A stretch of DNA of 64,000 nt from Trichosphaerium sp. ATCC 40318 (Eukaryota > Protista > Tubulinea), in the NCBI GenBank assembly GCA_038496445.1, contig JALMLS010000320.1, forward strand, positions 310,001 through 374,000, in the 5' to 3' direction. The notes beneath the pieces are model-generated. The model was not told where the DNA came from. It worked only from the letters and a program-made list of their open reading frames with translations, and searched no databases. Each line of letters begins with the position of its first letter. Position 1 is the stretch's first letter. This document shows, in pieces, positions 11,327 through 25,187 of the stretch. A program made the translations under genes and the position numbers.

Positions 11327-14300
11327 ATGGAAGAGTTGGAACCCATTAAAACCTTTGTAGAGAGGTTTTCAAACTGCACCAAGACCTTAGCGTCACTACA
11401 CAAGGTGAGAATAGTAAAAATAATTTAGATCTTAACTAAACAACGTAAAAGTTCTACCTTACTCTCAATGGTGGCGTAGAAGCAGGAATAATAGCAGTCG
11501 ATAAAGACGCAATTCGAAGGCTTTTTACAGGTGATTTTCTCGCTTTAAACCGCCGTTATTTAACATGTTAGGCTTCGCCCTACTATATGAACAAACATGG
11601 GAGTTAATTCATACATATAAAGTACTTTTAAGCGTAAACGCATTAGAATCAAACGTTACAACATTAAAACAACAGGTTCGTATAACAGATCACGTGGGTA
11701 AATTATTTTTGAATTCTCCTTTGTATTTTACCAAATCGATAATCTTCCAAGGTGAAGACGCGCGTGTCAACGTAAAGGCGTATTTTTTGTCCAAAACTTT
11801 TTCGATTTTTTGATCACGTGATCGACAAAAAAAATTAAAATTCATTCTTATTTTAGACGCAAAATCTTGTTGTCTTTTATGAGGCATATATGAAGCAAAT
11901 TCCACAACGTGAGAGATTTCTTGAAGAGCAACAAAAGAAAAATACACCACTGGCACAGTTTATGGAAAGTTGTTCTGGGATGAGTCAATTCTCTGGTATT
12001 GAGTTTAATTGGTGTCTCTTCAATGCGCCTATATATAACATTCAACCATTCCCACAAATCCTGATGGTACGTGCAAAGTCTATACTCAACTGCGAGTGCT
12101 TAGTAGTCATAAGGGGTACCTGGAGAGCCTGGAAGATGCAATCAACAAAATAAAAGAAGAGGAAGAGAAAAAGAAAGCAGAAGAAGCTGCAAAAGCAGCA
12201 AAGGAAGCAGAAGAAGAGGCTTTAAGGAATAGGATAATACCTACTAAAGAAGTAGAGGCTAAACCTCTTCAAGATAAATCACAGAATGTCTATGAAGTGT
12301 TATTCTTCAAGGTTAAGCTAGGCTACTTTTAAAAAAAACAACCTGACGACTGTATCTAGAATGATTCTCTTAAACAATCAGGAAGGCGATTCATACATAG
12401 CGGACCATTATATCTTATGCAAGATGAGATTATGCAACCTATATATGCAGCCCTATATAGTAACATACTTGCTTACTCTATCACGGTAGGCCATCAAATT
12501 ACGTTGTAGTTTTTTTTTCTGGTTTATGGAAAATACTGAGCACATTTTTAACCAACTGGCAATCATGTGGGTGTTAAACATCAGCGTAGGATGATCCCAA
12601 AGATGTCAAAATTTTATCTTTGGCTGGTATCAAAGGCGTCAGTATAGCAACAACGAAACTAGGACAAACTGTGTACACAGGATTCAAGGCAAAAATAGGT
12701 GCATCTGATGCTATAACATTTTTATGCGATCCTGAACAAGCAAATGTTGCTGAGTGGATAACTTTCTTAACAACAGCACGTGATAAAGTGTTAAAAGTCC
12801 AAAAACGTCGCTCCATATTCAATATTGGAGGATCTAAAAAAGTTAGAGAGTTTGGTCTTCTTGAAGGTAAACACTTTATACTAAAAACTCACTTCATTGT
12901 TATTCTTATCATTGAACAAGGTGAAATGCCACCACCTCCATCAAGACGCCCTGGGCAACCTCAAAAACGAACCTTTGGTTCTCTGAAACGTTCTTTGTAC
13001 GTTGAAAAAACACTTTCAATACTTTTTTCCATGCACTCATAATTCAATAAGGACTACACGCATTTCGCGTCCAAAAGGATCTTCTAGTGGTACGTTGTAT
13101 ATTGTTTTCTTACATAACTGACATGATCGAAATCAGATTCCTCACCTCGACCCCAAGATCAGAATTCATCCTCAAAAGACATCAAAGAAGAAGCTGAAGA
13201 TACGCCAATACGCATTGATACACCTCCACCACCTCCTCCGCCTTCAACTTTACCTCCTGAACCACCAAAACAAAGCCGAAACTCTATATCAAATAAAGAT
13301 ATAAAACCAAAGAGACCTGATACAAAGGCACCTCCACCACCAAGCCCTAATAAAGCTGCACCTCCACCGCCGTCTGCACCAAGCGATCCATCTGTACCTC
13401 CTCCACCGCCACTTCCATCAAATGAATCAGGCCCACCTGCTCCACCACCTCCACCGATGAGTGGTGGACCTCCCCCACCGCCACCCATGAACGGCGGACC
13501 ACCCGGACCTCCGCCCCTTGGAGGGTACGTGGTTTGTGTATTATACCTTTTGACATCCCATGTAGACCTCTAAAGCCAAAAAGAAAGGTCTTGAAACCAT
13601 TCAATTGGGTTAAAATGACAGATGCTACTGGAACTGTATTTGAACAAGAAGAAGGTGAAGATGATGGAGATATTGAGGTGGATTTTGCTGAAATTGAGAA
13701 GATATTTGCAGCGTCTGCGCCAAAGAAGAAGATTCCGAATCCAAAACAAGGTAACATAAAATTTGCGTTCTTATCCAATACTAAGATGTAATCAATAGCG
13801 AAAAAGAAAAAGACAATAACAGTTGTCATTGATGGTAAAACAAGTAATAATTTATGTACGTTGCTATTTTCAAAGGAAATCTGAGAAAGGGAAAGAAACC
13901 AAGATAACGTTGGCTTTTTTTGGATTTTCTTGCATTTTTTTTTGACTTGTGACATTCTTTTTAGCTATTTTCTTATCAAGGAACTTTAAATCGGTACGTC
14001 ATAATAGTAAACAAACATGAAATGGTTCAATTTGAAATAACAAAACCGTATGTGAAAGTTTAGATCACACCAAAGGAAGTATGTCAAAAAGTTCTTCAAT
14101 TTAACGAAGAAAGTTTCACACCTGCTCAAATATCGCTTATGCATTCTTACATGCCAACAACCCAAGACGTAACTATATCTATCTATTTCATACAATATTT
14201 ACTAAACTAGCTTGATACACTTCGGATGCACATGGAAGGAAACAATGGTGATACAACTAGCTTACCTCTTGCAGAAATTTTTTGTGTTCAGGTATGCAAT

Positions 14301-15336
14301 TATCAACAGCCATTGGTTTGCCGCCTGTACTGACATCTTTCCAGCTTCTTGAGTACCCACAAATGATACCCAGATTGAGTATAATGAGATTTCTATCTGA
14401 ATTTGGTCCAAAGAAACAAGAGCTTGAGCATGATTTGCATCTTCTTGGAGAAGCGACAGAAACACTTAAAAATTGTGATAAGTTCAAAAAAATATTGAAG
14501 GTACATTTGTATATTGAATAAGGTCTTTATTTTCCCTATTTGTAGGTTATCCTCAAGATGGGAAATTGTTTGAACGGTGGAACTTACAGAGGAAGAGCAA
14601 CAGGGTTTAAGTTGACTTCACTTAAAAAGGTATTTGAAAAGACGATTTACCAAAAAAGTAGTAAAATTACTGCTCTCAAGCCAAAACAAGTTTTTAAACA
14701 CGCATGTATATCGTTTACACAAGTGACTGTTTCGAAACAGTTTAGTCTACCTTTGCTTGTTGGAACGTTTTTCCTATTTTATTCTGGATTTTGTTTGTAT
14801 TCTTATTTTTTCTTGCTTGTAGCTCTCTTCAGTTAGAATGACTTCTGCAAAAGGATCACTCCTATCTTACTTGAAACAAGTATTATCAAAATCAGATCCA
14901 TCTTGCCTTGACTTTAAGGAAGAGCTAAAAAAACTTGATGGTGGAACACGTGTTGATATTCGGAATACACGAAATGACATACTCCAATTATCTCAACAAC
15001 TTAAAGAATTACCAAATGAAGATGATTTAACACCATTAGATGATAAAGACACCGAAATATTGGAAGGAAGAGTATTCGTATCCTCAAACAAAAAAACTTG
15101 ATTCTTTTTCTTCTTTTTTTCTGTTTTTTCAAACATTTTGACATTTGACTCTCAAGCCTGCATTACAAGGTGCTAGTGAAGAAATAGATACTCTTCAGGA
15201 AGATTATGAACGAGTTGAAAGTATTTACTCTGATCTCGCCAAGTTTTATGGAGAGGATCCAAAAGAAGTGAAACCGGAACATTTTTTCAAATCAGTTATT
15301 GCTTTTTTACAAGTTCTCTGTTCAGATGTCAAATAA
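11327..15336 (+). CDS. Formin (FH1 poly-proline + FH2) with N-terminal DH(RhoGEF)-like and PH domains
   Basis: Poly-Pro FH1 at ~13220-13520. FH2 motifs LKPFNWVKM, VDFAEIEKIF, GNCLNGGTYRGRATGFKLTSLKK and AKFYGEDPK...FF. N-terminal exons resemble DH (IRRLFTG...VGKLFL...FYEAYMKQ...LAQFMESC...LFNAPIYNIQPFPQIL) and PH (SGPLYL...ITFLC...EWITFL). Confidence 0.85.
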
Positions 15337-15447
15337 ATGCGATTTTTTGAGAAACACGAGGTGGCTCGGACGCTGCAAAGGAAATTTATTTTCACAACAC
15401 TGAGTAGTTAAATGGCATAGAGTAAAGAATATTTCTAGGAAAGGGAC

Positions 15448-17261
15448 CTACTCATCAAGTACGATCCTAACAAACATAAGAAATGTTTCAAAACAAATAA
15501 TGAAAGCGCACATTTCAGGCATGTCAAAGCGACATTCGAAAGTACGTCTTCTCTTTTTCCTTCCCTCTAATGATCTCTTACTTGGCCTACTGTATGGCTC
15601 AGCCCTGTTGATATTGACAGAGTATCTAGCACATGATAAGTTAAAGACTTTGTGTTAATAAACAAGAGTAGCTAATACCCAAGATCTCTAAGTGCTTGAA
15701 CGCTTATTCGTGAAAGTGGATTAACTCCGCCAAAGTTCAAAGTAGGTGTCATCAACTCATTGTCAAACGTTGATTCTCTCCAATGCCTAAAACACAGATA
15801 GTTAGTATAATAGAAGATAGAGGTAGATGGGTGTTACGCTAGTCGACTTCCAGGACCACCAACGTTTGCTACAGGTGTTGTAGTTGCCGAAACTCCAAAG
15901 ATGTTTCTGTATTGAGCTGTAGCTAGAGGAAGGGTATAACGTGGGTCGTTACTGTTCTGGTTGATGATGACACCGCTTCTGAACAACCATAAAGGTCCAA
16001 GACCGCTGAATGAAAACAAATGAGTGTAAACCACTTTTCCCTGGATAACTTGCGTACAGTACGTGTCCCATCTCATGTCTAACTACTTCATCGAATTGAC
16101 CTCTGTTTAGAAGTGATTGAGCATCAGCGATATCAAATCTTATAACTCCAGAAATCTAAACGTGTTAATTGTGAATTAATCCAGAAAAAAAAAAGCATAC
16201 AGGAAGACCTCTTGCTCCACCACGAATTTCTCTAGGACCAGCGCTTCCAAGAACCCTTCCAGGACCGTCTATATTCATAGTTAGAGCCTCGTAGATTGTA
16301 ATAAAAACGTACCAATGGTAGGGAATGTGATATCAATGTAGAGGTCGTCTAGAACTCAGGTGATTAAAAAAAGTTGTTTGACAAATGCGCTAACCAACAT
16401 TTCTTGAGAATACGTTAGATCTTCCATTGGGTACATCAGCTGTAATGACTCTCTCCCAAAAACGTGCAGCTGTTTCTGTTTGAGCGAGCTAACGCAATAG
16501 TTAGAAAACCAAAGAAAGGCACGTGACTTACAAGTCTTGTAATTTGTGGTGTGCGAACTCCATTGAAACCCCATTCGATGTTAAATTGTCCGTCTTGTCT
16601 TACTTGAAAGAAATTAAAGTTTAAGTTTCCTGTAACGAAAGTAATCTGTATTCTCTTTGCTCCTTGAGTTATACGGCCCAGATTAACATAAACATCTGTC
16701 CACTGATTGTTTCCTAAAAATAGAAGTCACGTGTCTCTAAAAAACAAGACGATTATGTTACCTCCTGAACCGCGAAATACTGCTGTTCTGGACACAGAAC
16801 CGACTTGAACTCGGATTGTGTTAGCGTTGGTTCTCGCCGACGCAACACGAAGTCTCATGGTATAGTCAGCTGTCCTAGCGAAGACTGGGCTAGCGTATAC
16901 AAGAAACTCTGAAGGTTGAATAAAAGCAACGTGGCAGTTACCACCTTGTGGATCTGTTGTCCGTTGAAAATCCACAAAAGGTCTTGTTTGCGATATGCCA
17001 CAACCGAAGCCACCTTGTTCAAACTGTCAGTCTCTAACACAAAGAGAAAAGAAGATGATTGAAGTAGCGCTTTGTACCAAGATTGTTCCTTGAGAGTTCT
17101 CGCTTTCCTGTAAATCTTTGAGCTTGAATACGCCCAGGAAGCCTTGTATTCAATTGAGCATAAGCCTACAGTGCGTTAGCATTGAGCAAAGTTAAAAACA
17201 TGGCCAAGTAAGTTCTTACAAGCGACAATATGACTATCAACACTAGAATACTTTGGTGCAT
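15448..17261 (-). CDS. Secreted CBM6-like carbohydrate-binding module + leishmanolysin-related (M8-like) Zn metalloprotease
   Basis: Signal peptide MHQSILVLIVILSLAYA. CBM6-like LPGRIQAQRF...YTMRLRVAS...NLNFNFFQV. Protease motifs DGPGRVLGSAGP, VRHEMGHVLGLG (HExxH), HWRESTFDNELMTP and NPLSRISVQALRDLGY. Confidence 0.8.
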
Positions 17262-18137
17262 CGTTTTAGGAGAGTTGTTGCTTCTGTATTGCTCTTTAAT
17301 CTTTTATTGTTTTTTTTGGCTAGTTTTCCTTCGTTTTGTGTGATTTTTCCGCTTTGCCTATCGCCCGCTAGAACATAAAAGCAACCGTTTGGTTTGCAAA
17401 TTTCCCTGCCCGCAATCATATCATGCCCACACGTCACGTGACTATAAAATGATTAACATCTATACGAATGAAAAAAACTGTTTGTGTACTAAATGGCGGG
17501 GTGTTTGTTTGCCTCGAAATCACTTGCTGAAACATTCGTTTGGTACGTTTTTTCGACAAAAATACAATGTTTGGGTAAAAAATGGGTAAAATACAAAAAC
17601 GGTTAAAAACACGTGCCTTTAGTGTAGACTACAACTAACTCAGCGCTAGTAGCGCTAGTACATACGTCGTTTTAACTAGAACCAGGGCAATTGTGTATTT
17701 TTCCAGGGCCATATGTGCACAACTCACGTCATTTTTTAGGTCATTCGGTTTTGATATTTTGATGCGATGGATGGTCTGTATTTAGTGCCCTTCTTTTTAA
17801 ACTGTCATTCGACATCAGTTCACACTCGGTACTACCCCTAAGTGTATTAATACGACATGAGCCTATCGTAAAAATAACAAGATGGACTGGGAACCAGGAG
17901 CTCAACATCTGTTTATATTCATAAAATACAACTTATCGAGGATTTTTGGCGGTAGATTTAGAAAACCCGCTCACTTCAAAACTATACTACAAGCTAAGGG
18001 GCATACTTGGAGATTCAAGTTACACATGGCAAACAATAAAGAGCCAAGCCCATTTTAAACAAAAATAAAAATATTTTTTGAAGCAACTCAAATAGTTTAC
18101 TAAAACTTTCTTTGTTTATTGATCTCACAAAGTTGTT

Positions 18138-21100
18138 TTAAAAGTCATCCATATCTAACTCATCTCCAAATAACGCACAACACTCATCATCCTCTGACCA
18201 AGACTCAGACTCAGACTGGGAAAGCAAGATTAGTAAAAAATTGATACTAAAAACTTTTACTGAACGAAAAATTGTTGGTACCATTTCCATTTCATCAACA
18301 AATGCACTCCTGCGGGCCAAAAGGTTGGTAAGTGAACCTATACTAATCTCTTCTTGTTTTGATGCAGGCTTAGGAGGTACAGGCTTCAGTTTGGCACTTT
18401 TAAGTCCATTAAGCAATGCATCTAATTCGCTTTGTTGTTTGTTGTTAATGTTGAAGTTGCTTGTACTATTACTTCCTTCTTGTTGAGGTGACTCTTCAAT
18501 CTTCTTACGTATACGTTCTATAGCTGCTTGAGCCTTTTTCGTCTTTTCAGAATCAGGTCCGAGTTGAGAAGAAAAGATAAAGTAGGCTTGTTCGAAATGC
18601 GGAAGAGCATCTTTTGGATCACCTTTTAAAAAAAAAAGTTAACCAATTGACTCGAAAAGTGTTCTCATGAGACCACCATAGCTGCCATCATTGAGATGCG
18701 GTACTGGTGTAAAATATAGTACAAGGGTTTTTAGAAGTTAACAATAACACAAAGGCGTACCTGTCTTCTCAGTGAAGGAAGCCAAATTATAAACAACTTG
18801 TGCGGTACTTGGATGCTCTCTACCGAATACCTTATCGTAACAATACAACGCCTTATCGTATATTTTCTTTGCTGTTTCATACTCTTTAAGGTTATAATAA
18901 AGAATAGATAAATCATTCAAAGTGATACAAACAAACTGATGATCAGTACCAAGAAGAGTCTAAATGGAATTTAGAAATAAAACAAAAACCAATCAGTTCT
19001 TGTTCAAAAAAAACCAAAGAAATAAGGAAGGCGCCAATGACGCTCTACAAATAAAACTGGATTGTTTAAAACTTATTCAATAATTTATAATTGCTTTTTT
19101 TACGAGTTTTGTAAATAATTATCATACTAGCACATCACGTGACCAACGTTTTGTTCAACAAAAAAAAAAAGGTTCATGCAAATGACAAAAAAACAAACTA
19201 AAACAGCAACGTACAAGAATGATATCCAAGGCTCTGACATACAATGGTACAGCTTCTTTTAGTTTCTTTTGTTGCTGTTTAACACCAGCTGTATTCATGA
19301 GAGTAGTTGCAATATCCATATGGACTTTACCATAAGCTTTCTCCATGATAGTAATAGCTCTGCAAAAAAATATTAGTCAGAAAGGGACAAAGCAGAGATG
19401 TATGGTTTTTGTGGAACCATGAGTACACCTCATGCTGAAACCACAATATTTCTTATTTCATCAAAGAAACGAAGGCAATCCTACATGGAAAAAGTTCTGT
19501 GATGTTGTTAACGTACTGATTGAAGTATCGAAGTGCTTTATTGAAATCTTTTCTTCTTTGTTCCATTGCACCCAAGTTAGAAAGACATGATGCATATTCT
19601 GGATGTTGATCACTATTAAGAGCCTTTCGTATAGCAAGAGATTCATTGTATAAAGCTTCAGTCTTTGGAAAGATACGTTGACGAAGATACAATCCGGCGA
19701 AATCTAACAATAAATAAGTCAGATAGATAGGGTTTTTCTCGTTTTTTTCGTCGTTTTTGCATACCGTTGAGGGTGTATGATACTTCTGGGTGGTTAGTAC
19801 CAAGTGTTGCTTTCATGATCTTGATAGCTTCTTCAAAAGTTTTCTCAGCAAGGTCATATTTACCCTTTAAAAAAGGCATCAATAATTATGGGTTTTAAAG
19901 TAAATGTTCACCTGTTGCAAGTACGTTGATGCGAGAGCACTCAATGCCATGCCGTAGTTTGGATGAGTCTTACCAAGAATTTCTTCATTAATTTCTAAAG
20001 CTGTCTCAATGACTTTCAAGGCATCATCTAGTTTTGTCCAAAGAATATACAAATCACCAAGGTCTCTTTAAGAAAAAAAGTTAAGTTCAAGAAAAAACAG
20101 TTTCCTTTCTTTCTTGGTTTAAAGACACAACCACAAAACGATTAAAATAAAGTATGCTGTTACTGTCACAAAATCAGAGGATCAAATGAGACATTGACAA
20201 GGTCAATTCCATCAAGTCTTTCTTGGAAGTTTTGTTTTCAAAAAAAAAAACCTGTTGTACAAGCGTACTTTAGTGTCTTGGCAACTTTCGGATGTCGAGG
20301 GCCATTAAGAGCTTCTCGTGTTTGTAAAGCTTTCTTAAACATTTCTTCTGCTTCAGGGTACTTTCCTTGACTCTGTCTCAATAACGCAAATGTGTTGTAC
20401 GTCTCAGCAACTGGTTCACTCGTTTCACCATGAACACGAAGAGTTAATCTTATCGCCTTGGAAAGCGTCTTATCAGCTTCATCATATAGCCCTTGATGGC
20501 GTTGAACTTTACCCAACTCTAAAGGGAATAAATTAAAATACAACTGCATAACGAAGAGTGACTTACCATGTTGAATTGAAGCTTCTTGAGCTTTATCTTT
20601 TGGACCAAATCCATCTTTACCAAAACGCTCAAGCATTGCCAAAGCCTTGTTGAGATGATTTACAGCAGGGTAGAAACGCCCTGTATCTGCGAAAAGTGAA
20701 GCTATACGTGTATACAATGTAATAGCCAACTTGCACGTTTCTTCATCGCTATGCATAGAGCTGAAAAGTCTTATTGCCTTACTAAACAACGTATAAGTTG
20801 GTTTGTATTTGAATCTCTTCTCCGTACGTTAATACTCCTTCTGCACCTGCGAACTCTCCTACATCGTATAAGCACTCTCCTATAGACAGATATACAATCA
20901 TAGACGCCTATAAAGGTATGTAAGACGGTAAAATCGAGGTTAGATGAGCGAACCTTTGGAGACAATTTTTTCTTGTTGGTTGTAATTGTGAAACCTCTGA
21001 GAACTAATTTTTTGCTTGCAGGAGGCAAAGCTCTCCATATATTGAATAACTCCATTTTAAAATCTTTATGGAGAACAGTGAAATAATCAGTCTGTATTAA

Positions 21101-24100
21101 AAGCTTGACTATCTTATTATAGTTCTTCAATGCCATATACTGATGAGGTAACTCTTCACATTGTCGACGAACATCAGCGTTCTGATGAAAAAAAAGTTAA
21201 CATAAAAAGAACCCAAATGTGATGGAGAAGAGACTTACTTTGTCTAGTTCAAAGAACGCAACAAGTTTTGATATATAGTGTTCTTTACGCCCTTTAATGT
21301 ATCGAGATTCCACAGCTTGCCTCATGTAATCGTGGAAGAAAGTCAAATAACCGTTCCTACATGAAGAATCAACAACTTGCTTCAAAAAACCCTAGTAGCA
21401 ATACCTGCTAACAAGGCTCTCCTCCATTGCATTATATAGAGGCGCCCAGACCGCATGTGGTACACTTACAAGTCCAAGGAGTTCTGTTTCAGTAAGACCT
21501 CTACGACTAGCCCAAACTAGACTGAGAATATTACCAACAAGTCCCTTGTTCTACAAAGAAAAAAGTAAGAGAAGAGTTTTACAAAAACATGACGTACAGT
21601 TTTTTCAAATTCTCGTTCTAAACGCGCAAAGACCATCTGGAATAACTCTGGAGGAGTTCTAGCAGTCAAATAGTTTTGTAATACTTGATCTAACTCTTCA
21701 AAAGTACCAAACACTCTAAAATAAAGGTAAGTAACATAAACCACAATACCATTGTTTCATGGGTACCTCATTTCTTCCAAAAGTGTCCTTAGAAACAAAG
21801 GATTTCTACAAGGTGGAGCAGACGCAATATACATGATTTGGCTCTCAGTAAATGATTTACCAAATTGTTGCATGTAAGTCTTTGCAAAAGATACTCGTTC
21901 ATGCTCTTGTAGAGGTTCTACTCTGACTTGTGGCCATTCCCTTTTCCCCAACACTTCCTGACACCTTATTAGCAGTTAGTCAAAAACAACGGTTACTAGA
22001 TGAATAGTGTACCTTCCAGGAAGCGTTGAAACAATAATACTCACTCCTTGAGGTAATTGAGAAGGTAACCACTCTAGTGCATGGCTATTTTCAGCTGGAT
22101 TGAGCTGATTCAAGGCATCCAAAACAAGTACCAAACCGCTGAAGAGATTTGTTAGAAAAGGAACAGGTAGCAGTTTCGTAGGTTTTGTGCTTACCCACGC
22201 GATCCTGCCTCGGCGAGATACTCTGGGAATACTCTAATCATCTCTTTTGGATCTGTAGGCACAGGTGAATTCATTTTTAAGTGCTGTGAAATCTCCCATA
22301 ATACGCGACGCATCAAATTAGTTAATTCTGAAGAACTAGATGTTGCACCAATGTAATGAGCAATAACTAGTTTATCAACATTATGTTGCGCATAGCGATG
22401 AGACCAGTTAGCAGTAAGAGCACTCTAATAAATAACAATAAGAGAAACTGACGCCACTAACTTAACTTGTGTGTACCTTTCCACTGCCACTTTCACCAAC
22501 GATAACACCTGGTCTGCCACTGTTGACCAGTTCATCAAGGCGATGAAAATACTCAGCGCCACCTACGTATACACGTGATCGTGATGCCTCAAAGGCTTCA
22601 TGAGCTAGTATCTGGCGTTCCATTTGAGTAGGCGCATCACTATGAAGACTAGTTAGCACTTTTGATGTGAAACAAGAAGACGTACCCAAGTGGAAAGTCA
22701 GCATCAATCAGTGTTGAGAGTTTAGTAAACATATCGTTGCCTAGCGAATGAACGTCGCTGTAAGATGTTACATCAAGACCACTTTCATTTAAGGTTTCTT
22801 TGAGCTCATTCAGCTTTGTACGCTTATAAGCAGGCTCGCTCTATTGTTCTTGTTAGTGACAAAACTAGTGATTGTGTTCGTACAGATGCATTGTTGCTGG
22901 TTCCTTTTCTTGTGAAGAATAGCGAACGCTCAGCAGTATCACTGCTTGGATCATTCAAAGTAGCATGTCTAACTTCCAGTTCAGTAACGCTGCGATCTTC
23001 ATAATCCCTTACCTGGAAGAAAAAAGGAATATTAGTTACATACAAACTCACTCTAGTTTACTAACCCATGGGAATGTAATAGCGGCTTTCTTGAGGGTTT
23101 TTTCAAGCAACGGGTCTTTTTGGGCTGGTACTTTACTCCACCCATAACGTTCTCCAAGCATGCACACAAAGTAAGGTCTGCACTTATCAACTAATAATAC
23201 ATCAGATTGAAGGCATTCGAGCTTTTTTTCAAATGAATGTACGCACTCTCGTTAAGGCAGATATCGATCGTGTTGCCTTCATTAGTTTGCTCAGATGTTA
23301 TCCCCCAACGTAAATCAACAGGCGTAAAGAATACACCACGCTCACTGCAAAATTTTCGTAATTTTGGAAAAGTTTTCTAAGGCGAACAAACGGTAAGTAA
23401 CAAACTAAACAATTGTGAATCTTACAGATATCAAGTGTTTCCGCTCTGATTGCATGTCACGAAAAGTAGACGATACAAATAATCTCACTTTACGATCTGT
23501 ACGCTTCTTTTGCCTAAGGTACACTGTTAAAACAAGCTCAAACAGACATTTAAAAAGGTGAACGTCAAGTTTTAAAATTTCAGTGAAGTGAAGAATAAAA
23601 GGAGAAACTTGACAACGTGGTCACTTTTTGCTCAAATCTACTCAACGAGGCAAATGTAAAATACGCATAAGGCCAAACAAAAAGGGCACTAAGGTAACTT
23701 TTGGAAGAAGTTGTGTTGTTTTAAAATACGCACTTGTTGCTGAGCGTAGAAAATTGAGAGTAGTCCATATGTGGTATTGTTGTAGCGTCAGAGAGAATCT
23801 GAGATGCCGAGCTGTAAGCTAATAACCTCTTATTGTATTCCTAAAAGGATGATGAGCGAAAACAATCCACACTAAACAACATACATCTTCAGTTATAAAT
23901 CCTGAAGCGTAAACATCCTTTAGCGCTTGTTCATCATTCTCCAAGTCATAAGCAGATCCTATAGTGACACCAGGAGCATCCCATGAAATGGGTTCTATTT
24001 GGTCAAAACCACAAAACCGCAAAGACTGTCAAAACGTTAAACGGTCAATTCAATGAAATTAATCTGAGGGTCTTGGAGCGTACCATATCAACGCTTGATT

Positions 24101-24913
24101 CGCCTGTAAGCCCGTAACCAATACGCGTGTCATTGTCACCAATCTTAGCTAATAACGCTTCCAGCTTTTTCAAATCTGCTTCGCCCACTTTAACAGTTTG
24201 CGTTGGACCTATTCCAAGGGTATGAGTATATGGTTATGTACATTGTAAACGTTTGAATTTAAAACAGACTATTTTGAGTGGTAGGCGCGCCAACTATGTT
24301 GTCAATGCGTAAATTTTCGACAAAGGCACGGCAGGGCAGCATTGCGAAGGTTAAAGAGTTTTAGGTTTTTTTACGTTAAACACCTTCTAAATGTGCCTCA
24401 CGCAGGTGTCCCACTTGCAAATTTTCGACATAGGCAGTGCAGAGCTTCATTTGAAAAGTTCAAGAAGATTTTATGGTACACCTTCTACATCTGCCATGCG
24501 CAGGTTTTCAGCGAAACTGTACGCCATAAATGACATGGTTGAGAGTTTGTGAAAAGTTTTGTTTGTCCGTTCAAATAAGTGTCAAAGTATTAACTTACGC
24601 GTAAAAAACTCAGCGTCAAGAGGCTCAGCGTATACCTCATCCAAAAGAGAGTCAAGTTCATCGGTTATGTTTGGTTGTATTTGTTCTTCTACATACGTGA
24701 AGTTATCAAAGCTTTGAGCCTCTACATAGGAGAAAGAGCATTCCTAAAACAGTTTTTAGCAAAAACTGCGTTTTACTCCACTGACATCAAAAGTATCCAT
24801 TGACTGCTCCTCAACGAAGCTGAAATCGCAATCCTCCTTGACATTTCAGCAACTTGTCACGGTCTTTGTTTTAACAGAAAAAAACAAAATAAAAAACTAA
24901 ATCGTACAGACAT
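18138..24913 (-). CDS. Nephrocystin-3/TEP1-like DUF4062-NACHT-TPR protein with C-terminal WH2-C-A (VCA)-like tail
   Basis: VRLFVSSTFRDMQSER and VDLRWGIT (DUF4062). Walker A GESGSGKS and Walker B LVLVLDALNQL. Many kinesin-light-chain-type TPRs (HPKVAKTL, HPEYASCLSNL). C-terminal LLNGLKSAKLKPV, LTNLLARRSAF and SESESWSEDDE. 5' end approximate. Confidence 0.82.
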
Positions 24914-25187
24914 TCTGTTGTGCGTTGCGTAACGTGTAAAAGTTGGTTTTAAGTTGTAAAAGTCATTTTTTTCAGTCAACACAGACGTACGTCCATGCTT
25001 GCACTGTTTTAGAGCCTTACCATGGTGGTTTGACGGTTTTAAGATAAGTTGCAGTGAATGAGTTGGTTTAAAATTATTAAATGACAAATGCTCAGTAGAA
25101 TAAGCAAGTGTCTTGCCCTTTTTCTTAAATGGGCGTTAAAAAACCAAAAAGTCAACCGTTTTTTCTTCTGCGAGCGTAGTCACTCTG

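Noticed and set aside
13159-13955. Gly-rich minus-strand ORFs
   Set aside because: They are the antisense shadow of the formin poly-proline FH1 exon.
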